Source: an uncultured Dehalococcoidia bacterium (GTDB lineage: Bacteria; Chloroflexota; Dehalococcoidia; Lucifugimonadales; CAZEDC01). Taken from it: a DNA stretch of 64,000 nt. The stretch lies in assembly GCA_964510985.1 (NCBI GenBank), contig CAZEDC010000030.1, positions 1,920 through 65,919 of the forward strand, written 5' to 3'. Every line of letters begins with the position of its first letter. Positions within the stretch are counted from its first letter, which is position 1. Of this stretch, positions 17,543 through 28,269 are shown one piece after another. Position numbers and translations under genes: made by a program. The notes under the pieces were generated by a model that saw only the letters and a list, made by a program, of their open reading frames with translations, did no database searches and was not told where the DNA came from.

Positions 17543-20500
17543 ATGGACCTGAAAGAGCTAGGCGGACTACTGGAGACTCTCCCTCAGTTCAAAGGCTTAT
17601 GCGACGCGGTTCGGGGCCCATACGCCCGGGCCCGAGTCCAGGTGCTGCCCGCAGCAGTACCCTTCACCCTGGCCGCTCTTCGGCGTGTATCCCAGCTTCC
17701 CATGCTGGTGCTCACTCCCCGCCCTGATGACGCCAGACAGCTTTACGAGCAGCTTATTCTCTGGAGCGATCCGGAAGCGTCGGTCCTCCATTTCCCGGAA
17801 ACCGAGACGCTGCCCTTCGAGCGGCTGGCGTCGGACGTTGAAACGACGCATCAGCGGCTACATACACTGTCGGCCCTGGTCGAGGGCGAGGGCGGCGCAC
17901 CGATCATCGTCGCATCCACCTCGGCGGTGACTCAGAAGACGATATCAAGAGACCTCTTTGAGTCCGGCAGCCACGCGTTGGGTCGGGGGCAGAACGTAGA
18001 CCTGGACGAGCTATTGGACCGGTGGCGGCGCATGGGCTACGGGTTCGAGCCGACCGTCTACGCCCCCGGATTCGCCAGCAGACGGGGCGGCATCCTGGAT
18101 ATCTATCCCGTGGGGTCGCCGTTGCCGGCCCGCATCGAACTCTGGGGCAACGAGATCGATAGCATCAGGCTGTTCGACCCCGTAACACAGCGCTCCAGCG
18201 ACACCGTGGACTCTATCCGGGTCGGCCCGGCCCGAGAGGCGGTGCCCGCGATGATCGACCGGGACCAGATGGACGAGCTGCTAGGCAGGTTGGACATGAC
18301 AAACTGTGACGGCGCGACCCGGGACCGCATCAACGAAGAGCTCGGACTCCTCCTGGACGGATACGAAGTGGAGGAGTTGAGCTTCTACTCCGGTCTGTTT
18401 AACCAGGGCACGCTTTTGGATTATCTCCCGACGGACGGGATCTATGTCTTTCACCAGCCGCTGGAGATCACGGAGGCCGCCCGGGAGTCCGAGGAGCGTA
18501 CCGACAACCTGCGCCGGGTTAAAGAACAGCGGGGCGAGCTACCGCGGGACTTCCCGTCTTCCCATCTCCTCTGGGAGGAGGCGAAGGGGCGAATGGGAGC
18601 AAAGGAGGGACGGCTGGACATCGTGTCGTGGGGAGCCAAAGAGCTGGACGACCTGGGCACGGATGTCCTGCCATTCACCTCGACCCCGACCTTTCTGGGC
18701 AAGCTGGACAGCTTCGTCGCCGAGGCTGACGAGCTGACCAAAGAGGGCCATCGCGTGATCGCCGTCACGTCCCACTCCAGGCGGCTGGGTGAAATTCTGG
18801 CCGATTACGGTGTTGGGGCCGACCTGCCGGCATCATTGGATGCTCCACCCCCGGCCGGCTCCATCACCGTGCTCCAGTCGGAGGGGACCGGGCTGAACTC
18901 CGGGTTCATCTTCTCAGCCCAGGGCCGGCGGTTGGCGGTCTTCAGCGACACCGAGATCTTCGGCGTAACCAAGCAGCGCCGGGGCACCCGTCGGGTCGCG
19001 GCCAGACGCCAGGACCTGCTGTCGGAACTGTCGCCGGGCGACTACGTGGTGCACGTCGAACACGGCATCGGCAGGTTCGCAGGGACCGGCCCCATGGACG
19101 GCGACGATAACGGCACCGAGTACCTGACTCTCCACTACTCGCAGGGAGACAAGCTGTACGTGCCCATGGAGCATCTGGACCGGGTGACGCCGTACCTGGC
19201 CCCCATGGACCGGCCACCGTCCCTGACACGGCTGGGCACCCAGGAGTGGAAGCGCACAAAGGCGCGGGTGGAGCGCTCGACCAGAGAGATGGCTTCGGAG
19301 CTTCTCTCTCTCTACGCCGCTCGAGAGCTGGTGGAGGGGCACTCCCTCAAGCCGGACACGCCGTGGCAGGCCGAGTTGGAGGAGTCATTCCCTCACGAGG
19401 AGACGCCGGACCAGATTGCGACCATCGCCGAGGTCAAGGCCGACATGGAGGCCGACAAGCCCATGGACCGGCTGGTATGCGGCGACGTGGGCTACGGCAA
19501 GACCGAGATAGCCCTGCGGACCGCCTTCAAGACGGTCATGGACGGGCGGCAGGTGGCCGTCCTGGTCCCGACCACGGTGCTGGCCCAGCAGCACTACGTG
19601 ACCTTCTCGCAGCGCCTCAGCGCCTTCCCCACCAGGGTCGATGTGCTGAGCCGTTTCCGGACCGACCATGACCAGAGGGAGATCGTGGAGGCCCTGGGCA
19701 GCGGGCAGGTGGACATCTGCATCGGCACCCACCGGCTGATCCAGAGGGACGTCCGCTTCAAAAATTTGGGGTTGGTGATTATCGATGAGGAACAGCGGTT
19801 CGGAGTGGCCCACAAGGAGCGGCTCAAGCAGATGCGCCGCGAGGTGGACGTGCTCACGCTGACCGCCACGCCCATACCACGGACGCTGCACCTCTCCCTG
19901 GCCGGGGTCCGCGATATGAGCACTATGGAGACGCATCCGGAGGAGCGCCTGCCCATCAAGACCTATGTATCGGAGTTCAGCGACGAGCTGATCAGAGAGA
20001 CTATCCTGCGGGAGTTGGACCGGCAGGGCCAGGTGTATTTCCTGCACAACCGCGTGTACAACATCGATTACATGGCCGGATACATCCGGCGGATAGTACC
20101 GGAAGCCAGGGTGGGCGTCGCCCATGGCCAGATGCCCGAGGGCCAGCTGGAGCGTGCGATGCTGGATTTTTCCCTGGGCAAGATGGACGTGCTGCTGTGC
20201 ACGACGATCATCGAGTCCGGCCTGGACATCCCCAACGTGAACACGCTAATTGTCAACCGAGCCGACACTTTCGGTCTGGCGCAGCTCTACCAGCTCCGCG
20301 GCAGGGTGGGCCGCAGCGCCCGCCGGGCATACGCCTACCTGCTGATACCCAAGGCCAGGGCGCTGACCGATGCCGCACAGAGGAGGCTCAGGGCCATGCT
20401 GGCGGCCACCGAGTTGGGGGCGGGGTTCCGGATCGCCATGAAGGACCTGGAGATCCGCGGCGCAGGCAACATCCTGGGCTCGGAACAGAGCGGCCAGATA

Positions 20501-21142
20501 CACGCCGTCGGCTTCGACCTGTACACCCGGCTCCTGTCCTATGCGGTGGAGGAGCTGCGGGCCCGCAAGGTCCTAGAGGGGGCCGGACAGCCTGTCGATG
20601 CGGAAGAGCCCTCGCCGGATGGCGTAAACCAGCTCGTCGAGCCCGAGGAACTGGATGAGGCCATGGCCCCGGAGGCCGGGGTCACCGTGGACCTGGGCAT
20701 CCCGGCCAGCATCCCCCAGGATTATGTCTCGGACATGCCGACCAGGCTGGGTATCTATCAGCGGGTGGTCCAGCTTGCCGACCTTCACGCGGTGGACGAG
20801 ATGAAAGACGAGTTCGAGGACCGGTTCGGACCCCTGCCCTGGCAGGCCCAGAACCTGCTGTACGTTATCGGGTTGAAGCTGCGGGCCAGGCGGGCTGGGA
20901 TAGAGTCCATAACCAGAGTGGACGAGCAGATAGTGCTGTGGCTCAAGGACGGGGTCGGAGGGGCCAGGCCCGCGCTACAGCGTGTACTAGGGCGCAAGGT
21001 CGCGGTGGGCGACACGCAGATACGGATAACCGACGGCCGCCGCCCCGGAGGATGGGAGGATCTGCTTGTGAGCACGGTGGAAAAGCTGGCCGAGTTCAGG
21101 GAGCGACTGGAAGCCGGGGTCGAAGCAGTGGTGGGTTCGTGA
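17543..21142 (+). CDS. mfd: Transcription-repair coupling factor
   Basis: RGGILDIYP, GDYVVHVEHGIG, CGDVGYGKTE, IDEEQRFG, TATPIPRT, QLRGRVGR, DLEIRGAGN. Confidence 0.98.
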   Translation: MDLKELGGLLETLPQFKGLCDAVRGPYARARVQVLPAAVPFTLAALRRVSQLPMLVLTPRPDDARQLYEQLILWSDPEASVLHFPETETLPFERLASDVETTHQRLHTLSALVEGEGGAPIIVASTSAVTQKTISRDLFESGSHALGRGQNVDLDELLDRWRRMGYGFEPTVYAPGFASRRGGILDIYPVGSPLPARIELWGNEIDSIRLFDPVTQRSSDTVDSIRVGPAREAVPAMIDRDQMDELLGRLDMTNCDGATRDRINEELGLLLDGYEVEELSFYSGLFNQGTLLDYLPTDGIYVFHQPLEITEAARESEERTDNLRRVKEQRGELPRDFPSSHLLWEEAKGRMGAKEGRLDIVSWGAKELDDLGTDVLPFTSTPTFLGKLDSFVAEADELTKEGHRVIAVTSHSRRLGEILADYGVGADLPASLDAPPPAGSITVLQSEGTGLNSGFIFSAQGRRLAVFSDTEIFGVTKQRRGTRRVAARRQDLLSELSPGDYVVHVEHGIGRFAGTGPMDGDDNGTEYLTLHYSQGDKLYVPMEHLDRVTPYLAPMDRPPSLTRLGTQEWKRTKARVERSTREMASELLSLYAARELVEGHSLKPDTPWQAELEESFPHEETPDQIATIAEVKADMEADKPMDRLVCGDVGYGKTEIALRTAFKTVMDGRQVAVLVPTTVLAQQHYVTFSQRLSAFPTRVDVLSRFRTDHDQREIVEALGSGQVDICIGTHRLIQRDVRFKNLGLVIIDEEQRFGVAHKERLKQMRREVDVLTLTATPIPRTLHLSLAGVRDMSTMETHPEERLPIKTYVSEFSDELIRETILRELDRQGQVYFLHNRVYNIDYMAGYIRRIVPEARVGVAHGQMPEGQLERAMLDFSLGKMDVLLCTTIIESGLDIPNVNTLIVNRADTFGLAQLYQLRGRVGRSARRAYAYLLIPKARALTDAAQRRLRAMLAATELGAGFRIAMKDLEIRGAGNILGSEQSGQIHAVGFDLYTRLLSYAVEELRARKVLEGAGQPVDAEEPSPDGVNQLVEPEELDEAMAPEAGVTVDLGIPASIPQDYVSDMPTRLGIYQRVVQLADLHAVDEMKDEFEDRFGPLPWQAQNLLYVIGLKLRARRAGIESITRVDEQIVLWLKDGVGGARPALQRVLGRKVAVGDTQIRITDGRRPGGWEDLLVSTVEKLAEFRERLEAGVEAVVGS

Positions 21143-21186
21143 GGGGGCCGGGGTCGGGTTCGCGGCTTATACCCGACACGTCAGAG

Positions 21187-21300
21187 TGTCATTCTGACCC
21201 CGACTTGTCGGGGGAAGAATCTGAGGTCGAGGTGCTGTGGCCGGTCCCAATGTGTAGATTCCCCAACCACCCCAGACCCTTCGATGTTCTCAGGGTGACA
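21187..21300. repeat. Palindromic MITE/REP-like element
   Basis: TGTCATTCTGA...GAAGAATCT at left and AGACCCTTCG...TCAGGGTGACA at right form imperfect terminal inverted repeats; internal hairpin CCCCGAC-TT-GTCGGGG; lies between convergent genes. Confidence 0.7.
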
Positions 21301-21322
21301 CAAGGCAAGGCCGACGGAAGTT

Positions 21323-22027
21323 CTAATGATCCGCCAGAAGGCCGGGGAGTTCCATCAGGGTCTCGATCCGGGGGCAGCCGCGGTAGTCCCGGTGGTTGCC
21401 GTCGCGGTCCAGCAGCACGGGGTTGATTCCGACGGACCGCGCGCCTTCGACGTCGGAGGTGAGCTGATCGCCGACGTGGATGGTCTCATGGGGCTCGGCG
21501 CCCGCCCTCTCCAGCGCGACCAGGAAGATGGGCGGATGGGGCTTCTCGGCGCCGACTTCCTTGGATGTCACGGCGAAGTCGAGATAGGGCGCCAGGCCTA
21601 GGCTCTCCAGGAGTTCGTCGCCGTCGCGGTTCATGTTGGAGATGAGCCCCAACCTGAGCGCCTGGAGCTTCAGCATGTCGATGGCGGGAAGAACGTCGTC
21701 GAACCGCGTCAGGTCGTAGGGAAGCTGCCGGACCCGGCGCCAGATCTCCAGCGCCTTTTCCGGCGGCACCTCCACTCCGGCCCCCTGTAACACAAGACGC
21801 TCGTACTCGGCGAAGAAGTCGTCGCGACTTTCGGCGTCCAGCCGGCGCAGGGGCCGGACGGCGTTCTGTCGGGCCATGTGGGCGTCGGCTAGGGCGTAGC
21901 CCGCCAGGATACCCTGGGGCGTCACCTCGATGCCGAAGTCGGCGCAGGCCGCACTCTGGATCTCGTACCGAGAAGGGCTGAACCCGGCCAGCGTGCCGTA
22001 CAGGTCGAAGAAAACCGCTGTGATCAT
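21323..22027 (-). CDS. HAD-superfamily hydrolase
   Basis: FDLYGTL, ISN, EKPHPPIF, HVGDQLTSDVEGA. Confidence 0.92.
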   Translation of the reverse strand: MITAVFFDLYGTLAGFSPSRYEIQSAACADFGIEVTPQGILAGYALADAHMARQNAVRPLRRLDAESRDDFFAEYERLVLQGAGVEVPPEKALEIWRRVRQLPYDLTRFDDVLPAIDMLKLQALRLGLISNMNRDGDELLESLGLAPYLDFAVTSKEVGAEKPHPPIFLVALERAGAEPHETIHVGDQLTSDVEGARSVGINPVLLDRDGNHRDYRGCPRIETLMELPGLLADH

Positions 22028-22126
22028 GGCGGGATTATGATAGCATCGACGGCGCTACGGGGCTATTTTTCTGTACAACTCACTGGGCCGTACTGCTCTG
22101 GTGGGATACAAGAGGACGGAGACAAT

Positions 22127-23131
22127 ATGCTGGCGGGGAAATTACCCCTGGACCTGCTGGCCAGGCTCCTGGAGCGAATAAAGATAGATGACCCCAGAGT
22201 CGTACTGGGGCCCAGGACCGGCGAGGACGCGGCGCTCATTGACTTCGGCGACCGGTACCTGGTGGCCAAGACGGACCCCATCACCTTCGCCACCGATCTC
22301 ATCGGCTGGTACGTGGTGCAGGTCAACGCCAACGACCTGGCGGTCATGGGGGCTACGCCCCGGTGGCTCATGGTGACCCTGCTCCTGCCCGAAGGTACGG
22401 CCGCAGAAACCGTTCAGAAGACATTCGACCAGTTGGGTGATGCCTGCGACCGTCTGAAGATAACGCTGGTGGGCGGCCACACCGAGATAACGTACGACCT
22501 GCCCCGGCCCATCGCCATCGGCGCCATGCTGGGCGAGGTAGACAAGGAGCGTGCGGTGTTCACGTCGGGTGCCAGACCCGGCGACGCCGTCGTACTGACC
22601 AAGGGTATCGCCGTGGAAGGCACGGCGCTCCTGGCCCGCGAGTCCGAGGCCGCCCTGCTGACTGCCGGCGTTGACGCCGGGACCATCGAGAGGGCGAAGG
22701 ACATGCTTTTCTCGCCGGGCATCAGCGTGGTCAGGGATGCGGCCATCGCCTGCGACACCGTCCGGGTGCACTCGATGCACGACCCCACCGAGGGCGGCCT
22801 GGCCCACGGACTGCTGGAGCTGGCCGTCGGGGCCGGCGTCGGCGTCACCGTGGACGCCGAAAAGATACCCGTCCTCCCGGACTGCCGTATCCTTTGCAAG
22901 GCGTTGGGACTGGACCCCATGGGCCTCATCGGCTCCGGCGCTCTGCTGGCGACGGTGGCGCCCGAGGAAGCCCCGATTCTCGTATCGGCCCTAGAGCGGG
23001 AGGGGATACCGGCCTACGACATCGGAAAAATCACCCCGCCCGAGGAGGGATTGAAGCTCAAGACCGGTGGGAAGACCGAAGACCTGCCGGTCTTCGAGCG
23101 GGACGAACTGGCCCGTTTCCTGGGTAACTAG
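22127..23131 (+). CDS. AIR synthase-related protein (HypE/ThiL/PurM fold)
   Basis: GEDAA, TDPIT, NANDL, VGGHTE, MHDPTEGG. Confidence 0.85.
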   Translation: MLAGKLPLDLLARLLERIKIDDPRVVLGPRTGEDAALIDFGDRYLVAKTDPITFATDLIGWYVVQVNANDLAVMGATPRWLMVTLLLPEGTAAETVQKTFDQLGDACDRLKITLVGGHTEITYDLPRPIAIGAMLGEVDKERAVFTSGARPGDAVVLTKGIAVEGTALLARESEAALLTAGVDAGTIERAKDMLFSPGISVVRDAAIACDTVRVHSMHDPTEGGLAHGLLELAVGAGVGVTVDAEKIPVLPDCRILCKALGLDPMGLIGSGALLATVAPEEAPILVSALEREGIPAYDIGKITPPEEGLKLKTGGKTEDLPVFERDELARFLGN

Positions 23132-23284
23132 AACTCATCCAAAATAACTTAATGGGGGAGTCCAGAAAGGGAACCCCCAGATATAAAAACCCCTGCGGGT
23201 GGGCGGGTGGGAGGAAACCACCGTGGTTTTTGGTATAGCCTCTCGGGCGGAAGCGGGCCATCCCAGAGCCCTAGTCATAGGCAT

Positions 23285-23314
23285 TTGACACCGAATTTTT
23301 CCCGATGATACACT
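23285..23314 (+). promoter_or_regulatory. Putative nuo operon promoter
   Basis: TTGACA, 18 nt ending in TGa, TACACT. Confidence 0.55.
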
Positions 23315-23337
23315 GACTCTAGTCATGCTGACGGGCC

Positions 23338-23718
23338 TTGGGTGAGCATTTGCCAGAGGGCTTTGACATAAACTGGGCCGTGGTGCTGCTGGTTGGCGGC
23401 ATCGGGTTCGCGGCCATCATTGGGATGTTTCTGGCATCCTATATTTTGGCTCCCAAACGCAAATCAGCCATTAAAGAGACCCCCTATGAATGCGGGATTC
23501 CCGCAGGCCCCCATCGGTGGTCTCAGATCCACATCCGCTACTACGTATTCGCCATCCTTTTTCTCATCTTCGACGTGGAGGCCGTTTTCCTATTTCCCTG
23601 GGCGGTGGTCTTCCTGGACTCCATTGACGCGGTCTTCTACGAGATGCTCATCTTCATAGGCATTTTAGGCTTTGGAGTCCTGTACGGCTGGAAGAAGGGA
23701 GTCCTTGAGTGGAAGTGA
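23338..23718 (+). CDS. nuoA: Complex I subunit A
   Basis: [28 protein letters not shown]. Confidence 0.96.
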   Translation: MGEHLPEGFDINWAVVLLVGGIGFAAIIGMFLASYILAPKRKSAIKETPYECGIPAGPHRWSQIHIRYYVFAILFLIFDVEAVFLFPWAVVFLDSIDAVFYEMLIFIGILGFGVLYGWKKGVLEWK

Positions 23719-24254
23719 GTCTGGGCCAGGGCTACGAGCCGTTGCGGGGCAACACACCTGCGCCCAACGTCCTCGAAAAGGTGTTGCCTAGCGTACTAAC
23801 CGGAAAGTCCAACGAGCTGTTCGCCCTGGCGCGCAAGTCCTCCTTGTGGACCCTCTCCTTCGGTCTGGCCTGCTGCGCCATCGAGATGATCAGCACCCAC
23901 GCGTCCCACCACGACCTGGACCGGTTCGGTGTTATCACCTGGCCGTCGCCCAGACAGGCGGACGTGATGATCGTTGCGGGCACGGTGGTCAAGAAGATGG
24001 CCGAGCCCATTAAGCTGCTCTACGAACAGATGCCCGATCCCAAATGGGTCATCGCCATGGGTAGCTGCGCCACTAACGGCGGGCCCTACTACCGGTCCTA
24101 CTCGGTGGTGATGGGGGTGGACCACCTCATTCCGGTTGACGTGTACGTGCCCGGCTGCCCTCCCCGACCCGAGGCGTTGATGTTCGGAATCATGCAACTC
24201 CAAGAGAAAATCGCAAAGGACGCCAAGAATAGTGACCGAACGCCCCAGGCGTGA
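23709..24254 (+). CDS. nuoB: Complex I subunit B
   Basis: [28 protein letters not shown]. Confidence 0.97.
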   Translation: MEVSLGQGYEPLRGNTPAPNVLEKVLPSVLTGKSNELFALARKSSLWTLSFGLACCAIEMISTHASHHDLDRFGVITWPSPRQADVMIVAGTVVKKMAEPIKLLYEQMPDPKWVIAMGSCATNGGPYYRSYSVVMGVDHLIPVDVYVPGCPPRPEALMFGIMQLQEKIAKDAKNSDRTPQA

Positions 24255-24747
24255 ACCAAAAGTCGCTGAGGCTCCCGTCGCCCTGGACGAAAGGGGCGAG
24301 GCACTATCGGCATTGCTGCCGGAGGTCCTTAAAGATTTCGATGTGGAGTTCGGCGCCGCGGTGGACGAGGTGACCGTAACCGCCAGGCCCGATGACATTC
24401 CCGCCGTCTGCCGCACCCTGAAGACCAACCCCGATCTCGACCTTAGCTACCTGCGCTGTATCTCGGTCGTAGATTACGTGGAGAGGATAGAGGTCGTCTA
24501 CCACCTCTTGTCGCTGGCCAACGGATACAAGGCGGTGGTGAAGACCTCATTGGACCCCGATGCGCCCAGGGTTCCCTCGCTGGTGTCGGTGTGGCCTGGA
24601 GCCGACTGGTTCGAGCGGGAGGGCCACGACCTGTACGGGGTCGTCTTCGAGGGACATCCCAACCTGGCGCCCCTGCTCCTCTACGAGGGGTTCGAGGGCT
24701 ATCCGGGGCGCAGGAGTTTCCCGCTCCACGACTACGACGAATGGTAA
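24232..24747 (+). CDS. nuoC: Complex I subunit C
   Basis: [25 protein letters not shown]. Confidence 0.93.
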   Translation: MTERPRREPKVAEAPVALDERGEALSALLPEVLKDFDVEFGAAVDEVTVTARPDDIPAVCRTLKTNPDLDLSYLRCISVVDYVERIEVVYHLLSLANGYKAVVKTSLDPDAPRVPSLVSVWPGADWFEREGHDLYGVVFEGHPNLAPLLLYEGFEGYPGRRSFPLHDYDEW

Positions 24748-24757
24748 TTGACAGACG

Positions 24758-24780
24758 AGCTATCAGCCGTCAGCCATCAG
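24758..24780 (+). repeat. Heptamer tandem repeat (NNNTCAG)x3
   Basis: GCTATCA-GCCGTCA-GCCATCA-G in the nuoC-nuoD spacer. Confidence 0.55.
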
Positions 24781-24838
24781 AAAATCCGAGGACCCATGCG
24801 TTGATTGAGAGCGTCCCGCAGGTAAAGATTAGAGATAG

Positions 24839-25963
24839 ATGAGGATTGAGACGCTGGCCCAAGAGGAACACGGTCCCATCGACATGATGGTCAACATGGG
24901 GCCGCAGCATCCCAGCACCCACGGTGTCTTCAGGATGGTGATCTGGATCGATGGTGAGCGCATCGTCGGGATGGAGCCGCACATCGGCTATCTGCATCGC
25001 GGGTCCGAGAAGCTGAGCGAGGGCGAGCAGTACAGCCAGATCATCACGCTCTTCGACCGGTTTGACTACATCGCCAACCTGAACTGCGAGCTGGTCTTCT
25101 GCCTGGCGGTCGAGAAGCTGATGGACCTGGAGGTGCCGGACCGCTCAAGCTATATTCGGGTTATCCTGTGCGAGTTGAACCGCATAGCCAGCCACATGAT
25201 GTTCTACGGGACCTATGGCCTGGAAGCGGGAGCGCTGACCCCCATCCTGTTCGGGTTCCGCGAGCGCGAGCGTATCCAGGCGCTATTCGAGAAGGTAACC
25301 GGCGCCAGGATGATGCATAACTACATCCGCGTCGGCGGCGTCAAGGAAGACCTGCCCGAAGAGTTCGGCCGGGAGATGGCCGTGCTGATGGACCAGCTCA
25401 GGCAGGGGATCGATGAGTGCAACGACCTGCTGTCCAACAACGAGATGTTCCTGGCGCGCACCAAAGGCATCGGGACCATGAGTGGCGAAGACGCACTGGA
25501 GTACGGAGTATCGGGGCCAACCCTGCGCGGAAGCTCGGTCCTGGAAGACGTGCGCATCTCGGAGCCCTACTCGGTATACGACCGGTTCGACTTCGGCATC
25601 CCCGTGGGAGACAACGGCGACTGCTGGGACCGGTACTACGTCCGTCTCGAGGAGATGCGCCAGTCGCTGAAGATCATAGAGCAGGCCATGGAGCAGATTG
25701 AGCCAGGGCCGACAATGGCGAGCGTGCGGCGGATCGCACGGCCACCCAAGGGCGAGGTCTACGTCCGCACCGAGTCCCCGAGGGGCGACCTGGGGGTCTA
25801 CCTCGTCAGCGACGGCGGCGATAAGCCCTACCGGCTCAAGGTGAGGGCGCCATCCTTCGCCAACCTCCAAGCGCTGAACCACATGCTGAGGGACGCGTAC
25901 CTGGCCGATGCGGTGTTGATCCTGGGCTCCATAGACATCGTGATGGGCGAGGTGGACCGGTGA
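24839..25963 (+). CDS. nuoD: Complex I subunit D
   Basis: NMGPQHPSTHGV, GYLHRG.EK, ELNRIASH, ESPRG, GEVDR. Confidence 0.97.
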   Translation: MRIETLAQEEHGPIDMMVNMGPQHPSTHGVFRMVIWIDGERIVGMEPHIGYLHRGSEKLSEGEQYSQIITLFDRFDYIANLNCELVFCLAVEKLMDLEVPDRSSYIRVILCELNRIASHMMFYGTYGLEAGALTPILFGFRERERIQALFEKVTGARMMHNYIRVGGVKEDLPEEFGREMAVLMDQLRQGIDECNDLLSNNEMFLARTKGIGTMSGEDALEYGVSGPTLRGSSVLEDVRISEPYSVYDRFDFGIPVGDNGDCWDRYYVRLEEMRQSLKIIEQAMEQIEPGPTMASVRRIARPPKGEVYVRTESPRGDLGVYLVSDGGDKPYRLKVRAPSFANLQALNHMLRDAYLADAVLILGSIDIVMGEVDR

Positions 25964-27120
25964 GTTTGACCCAGGGCATCTACTACGGGTTGGGCACGCT
26001 GGCCCTCTTCGTCTTTCTGGCCGTTACCGTCCTGGTTCTGACCTGGGTCGAACGCAAGGTACTAGCCCGCGTCCAGATGCGCATGGGGCCGATGCGAGTG
26101 GGTTTCCACGGGGCGTTCCAGCCCATCGCCGATGCGGTAAAACTGGTCATTAAAGAGGACATCCTGCCCTCCTGGGCCGACCGAAGGGTTTACTGGCTGG
26201 CCCCTCTGGCGGTATTCGTCCCCTCATTCCTGCTGTGGGTGACTATTCCGCTGGCCCGCGACCTGGTGCTGGCGAACCTGGACCTGGGCCTGTTCTACAT
26301 AACGGCCTTTTCAGTGTTGTCGGTAATGGGCCTGCTCATGGCGGGCTGGGGATCGGCCAACAAGTACGCCGTCCTGGGCGGACTCCGCGCAGCCGGCCAG
26401 CTTGTCAGCTACGAGATCCCGCTTATCATGGCCATCCTGGCCGTGGCCATGCTGGCCCAGTCGCTGAACCTGGAGACCATCGTGGACGACCAGGCAACGT
26501 GGGCCAATATACTCATTCAACCTCTTGGCCTGTTTATATTTTTTGTGGCGGGACTGGCCGAGCTGGGCCGGACCCCTTTCGATATCCACCACGCCGAGTC
26601 CGAGGTAATAGGCGGTCCGTTCATCGAGTATAGCGGGGCCCACTGGTCCGTGTTCTTCCTGGCCGAGTACATCAACACCTTCACCATATCGGTCCTGGTG
26701 GTGCTCCTCTTCCTGGGTGGGTGGCGTTGGCCGGAGATGCCCTTCGACGGCGCCCTGCATTCGGCCCTCTCCGTCCTGTGGCTCCTGGTCAAGACGTATA
26801 TTGTCGTGCTCGTCATCATCTGGATAAGGGGCACCTACCCCAGGCTTCGGATCGACCAGTTGATGGCCTTCGGCTGGCAGGTGCTGGTGCCCCTGTCGTT
26901 CGTCAACATCGTGATAACTGGAATAGCGCTGTTCTACGGCTGGCCGCTGTGGGCGCTGTCGCTGATGTCCCTGGCGATCCTTGGAGGAACGCTGTACGGC
27001 ATCTTCAGGCACACCGGCACCAGCCTGGAGAGAAAGACCGTGAAGGTGTATCCAGCGCGGGACGCGCGTCGGGGCCCGCCGTCTCCACAGCCGGAGACGG
27101 GCGTGGCTTCGGAAGGCTGA
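25960..27120 (+). CDS. nuoH: Complex I subunit H
   Basis: ERKVLAR, QPIADAVK, SYEIP, RTPFD, EYSG, PRLRIDQL. Confidence 0.97.
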   Translation: MSLTQGIYYGLGTLALFVFLAVTVLVLTWVERKVLARVQMRMGPMRVGFHGAFQPIADAVKLVIKEDILPSWADRRVYWLAPLAVFVPSFLLWVTIPLARDLVLANLDLGLFYITAFSVLSVMGLLMAGWGSANKYAVLGGLRAAGQLVSYEIPLIMAILAVAMLAQSLNLETIVDDQATWANILIQPLGLFIFFVAGLAELGRTPFDIHHAESEVIGGPFIEYSGAHWSVFFLAEYINTFTISVLVVLLFLGGWRWPEMPFDGALHSALSVLWLLVKTYIVVLVIIWIRGTYPRLRIDQLMAFGWQVLVPLSFVNIVITGIALFYGWPLWALSLMSLAILGGTLYGIFRHTGTSLERKTVKVYPARDARRGPPSPQPETGVASEG

Positions 27121-27145
27121 GAATACCCCTGGTCAGAGGCAAGGG

Positions 27146-27769
27146 ATGATAGGTTTCCTGGATGGACTGGTCGTAACGCTGAAAACGGGCCTGCGCCGCT
27201 CGGTGACGGCCCAGTATCCGTTGCCCGAAAAACGGTTGGAGATAGCCGACAGGTACATGGGGTTCCCTGCCTTGACGTGGGACGACGAGGTAGGAGAGCC
27301 ATACTGCACCGGGTGTATGGTCTGCGTCAACAACTGCCCGACCCAGTGCATGAAGGCGGAGATGAAGGACAACCCCCTCCATGCCGAGGGAAAGAGCAAG
27401 CGCCGCAAGATCATCAACGAGTTCGAAATAAATCTGGGCCGCTGTATCCTGTGCGGAATCTGCGTTGACGTGTGCAACTTCGATGCCATCGAGATGAGCC
27501 ACGAGCACGAGCGCAGCAAGTACCAGCGCGACGGTAACCGCGTGGACCTGAAGCAGCTCCTGGCCATGGGCTCAAACTATCAGAAAAAAGTCGGCTGGAG
27601 CCCGAAGCAGCCGGAGAAGAACAGCGGAGTGCCCGTGAAGAAGGAAGCCGCGCCAAAAGTCGGAGCCACCGAGGGTGCGGTGGCCAAAGCGGACGCACCC
27701 AGCGGTGAGGCCGGGACCGAAGGCCGGACCACGGCCGAAGCAAAACCAGAGGAGGCCGAGACCGCCTGA
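27146..27769 (+). CDS. nuoI: Complex I subunit I
   Basis: CTGCMVCVNNCP and CILCGICVDVC 2x[4Fe-4S] motifs; low-complexity C-terminal tail. Confidence 0.95.
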   Translation: MIGFLDGLVVTLKTGLRRSVTAQYPLPEKRLEIADRYMGFPALTWDDEVGEPYCTGCMVCVNNCPTQCMKAEMKDNPLHAEGKSKRRKIINEFEINLGRCILCGICVDVCNFDAIEMSHEHERSKYQRDGNRVDLKQLLAMGSNYQKKVGWSPKQPEKNSGVPVKKEAAPKVGATEGAVAKADAPSGEAGTEGRTTAEAKPEEAETA

Positions 27770-28269
27770 TGGTCGACCCATCGCTGGTACTGTTCTACGT
27801 TGCGGGCGCGTTGACGCTTGGAGGCGCCCTCGGTGTGGTGATGACCCGTAACATCGTGTACGCCGCCTTCGCGCTGCTGGCGGCCCTTATCGGCGTCGCG
27901 GGCGTTTTCCTGCTGGCCTTCGCCGAGTTCCTGGCCCTGGTGCAGGTGCTCATCTACGGTGGGGCCATCGTGATCGTCATTCTTTTCGCGCTGATGCTGA
28001 CGCGGCTGGAGGACTTCCGGCAGCTTTCAGACCACCGCCAGTGGCCCTTCGCGGCCCTGGTGGCGATGGCCGTTTTCGGACTCCTGGCCGCCGCTATCGT
28101 GGGTACCAGCGTTCCGGTGAACGAGGAACGGCAGAACGTGGCGTTCGACGCCCTGGGCGACAGCCTGTTCGCCCAATGGGCCGTGCCCTTTGAGATAGCC
28201 TCGCTCGTGCTGCTGGTGGCGTTGATCGGAGCAGTTGTCCTGGTGAGGACCAGTGGAGACCGCGATTGA
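27769..28269 (+). CDS. nuoJ: Complex I subunit J
   Basis: AEFLALVQVLIYGGAI, PFEIASLVLLVALIGA. Confidence 0.95.
   Translation: MVDPSLVLFYVAGALTLGGALGVVMTRNIVYAAFALLAALIGVAGVFLLAFAEFLALVQVLIYGGAIVIVILFALMLTRLEDFRQLSDHRQWPFAALVAMAVFGLLAAAIVGTSVPVNEERQNVAFDALGDSLFAQWAVPFEIASLVLLVALIGAVVLVRTSGDRD

Noticed and set aside
22127-23131. hypE/selD call, or a hydrogenase interpretation of the adjacent operon
   Set aside because: No C-terminal PRIC of HypE or N-terminal Cys/Sec motif of SelD; NuoD lacks NiFe CxxC motifs
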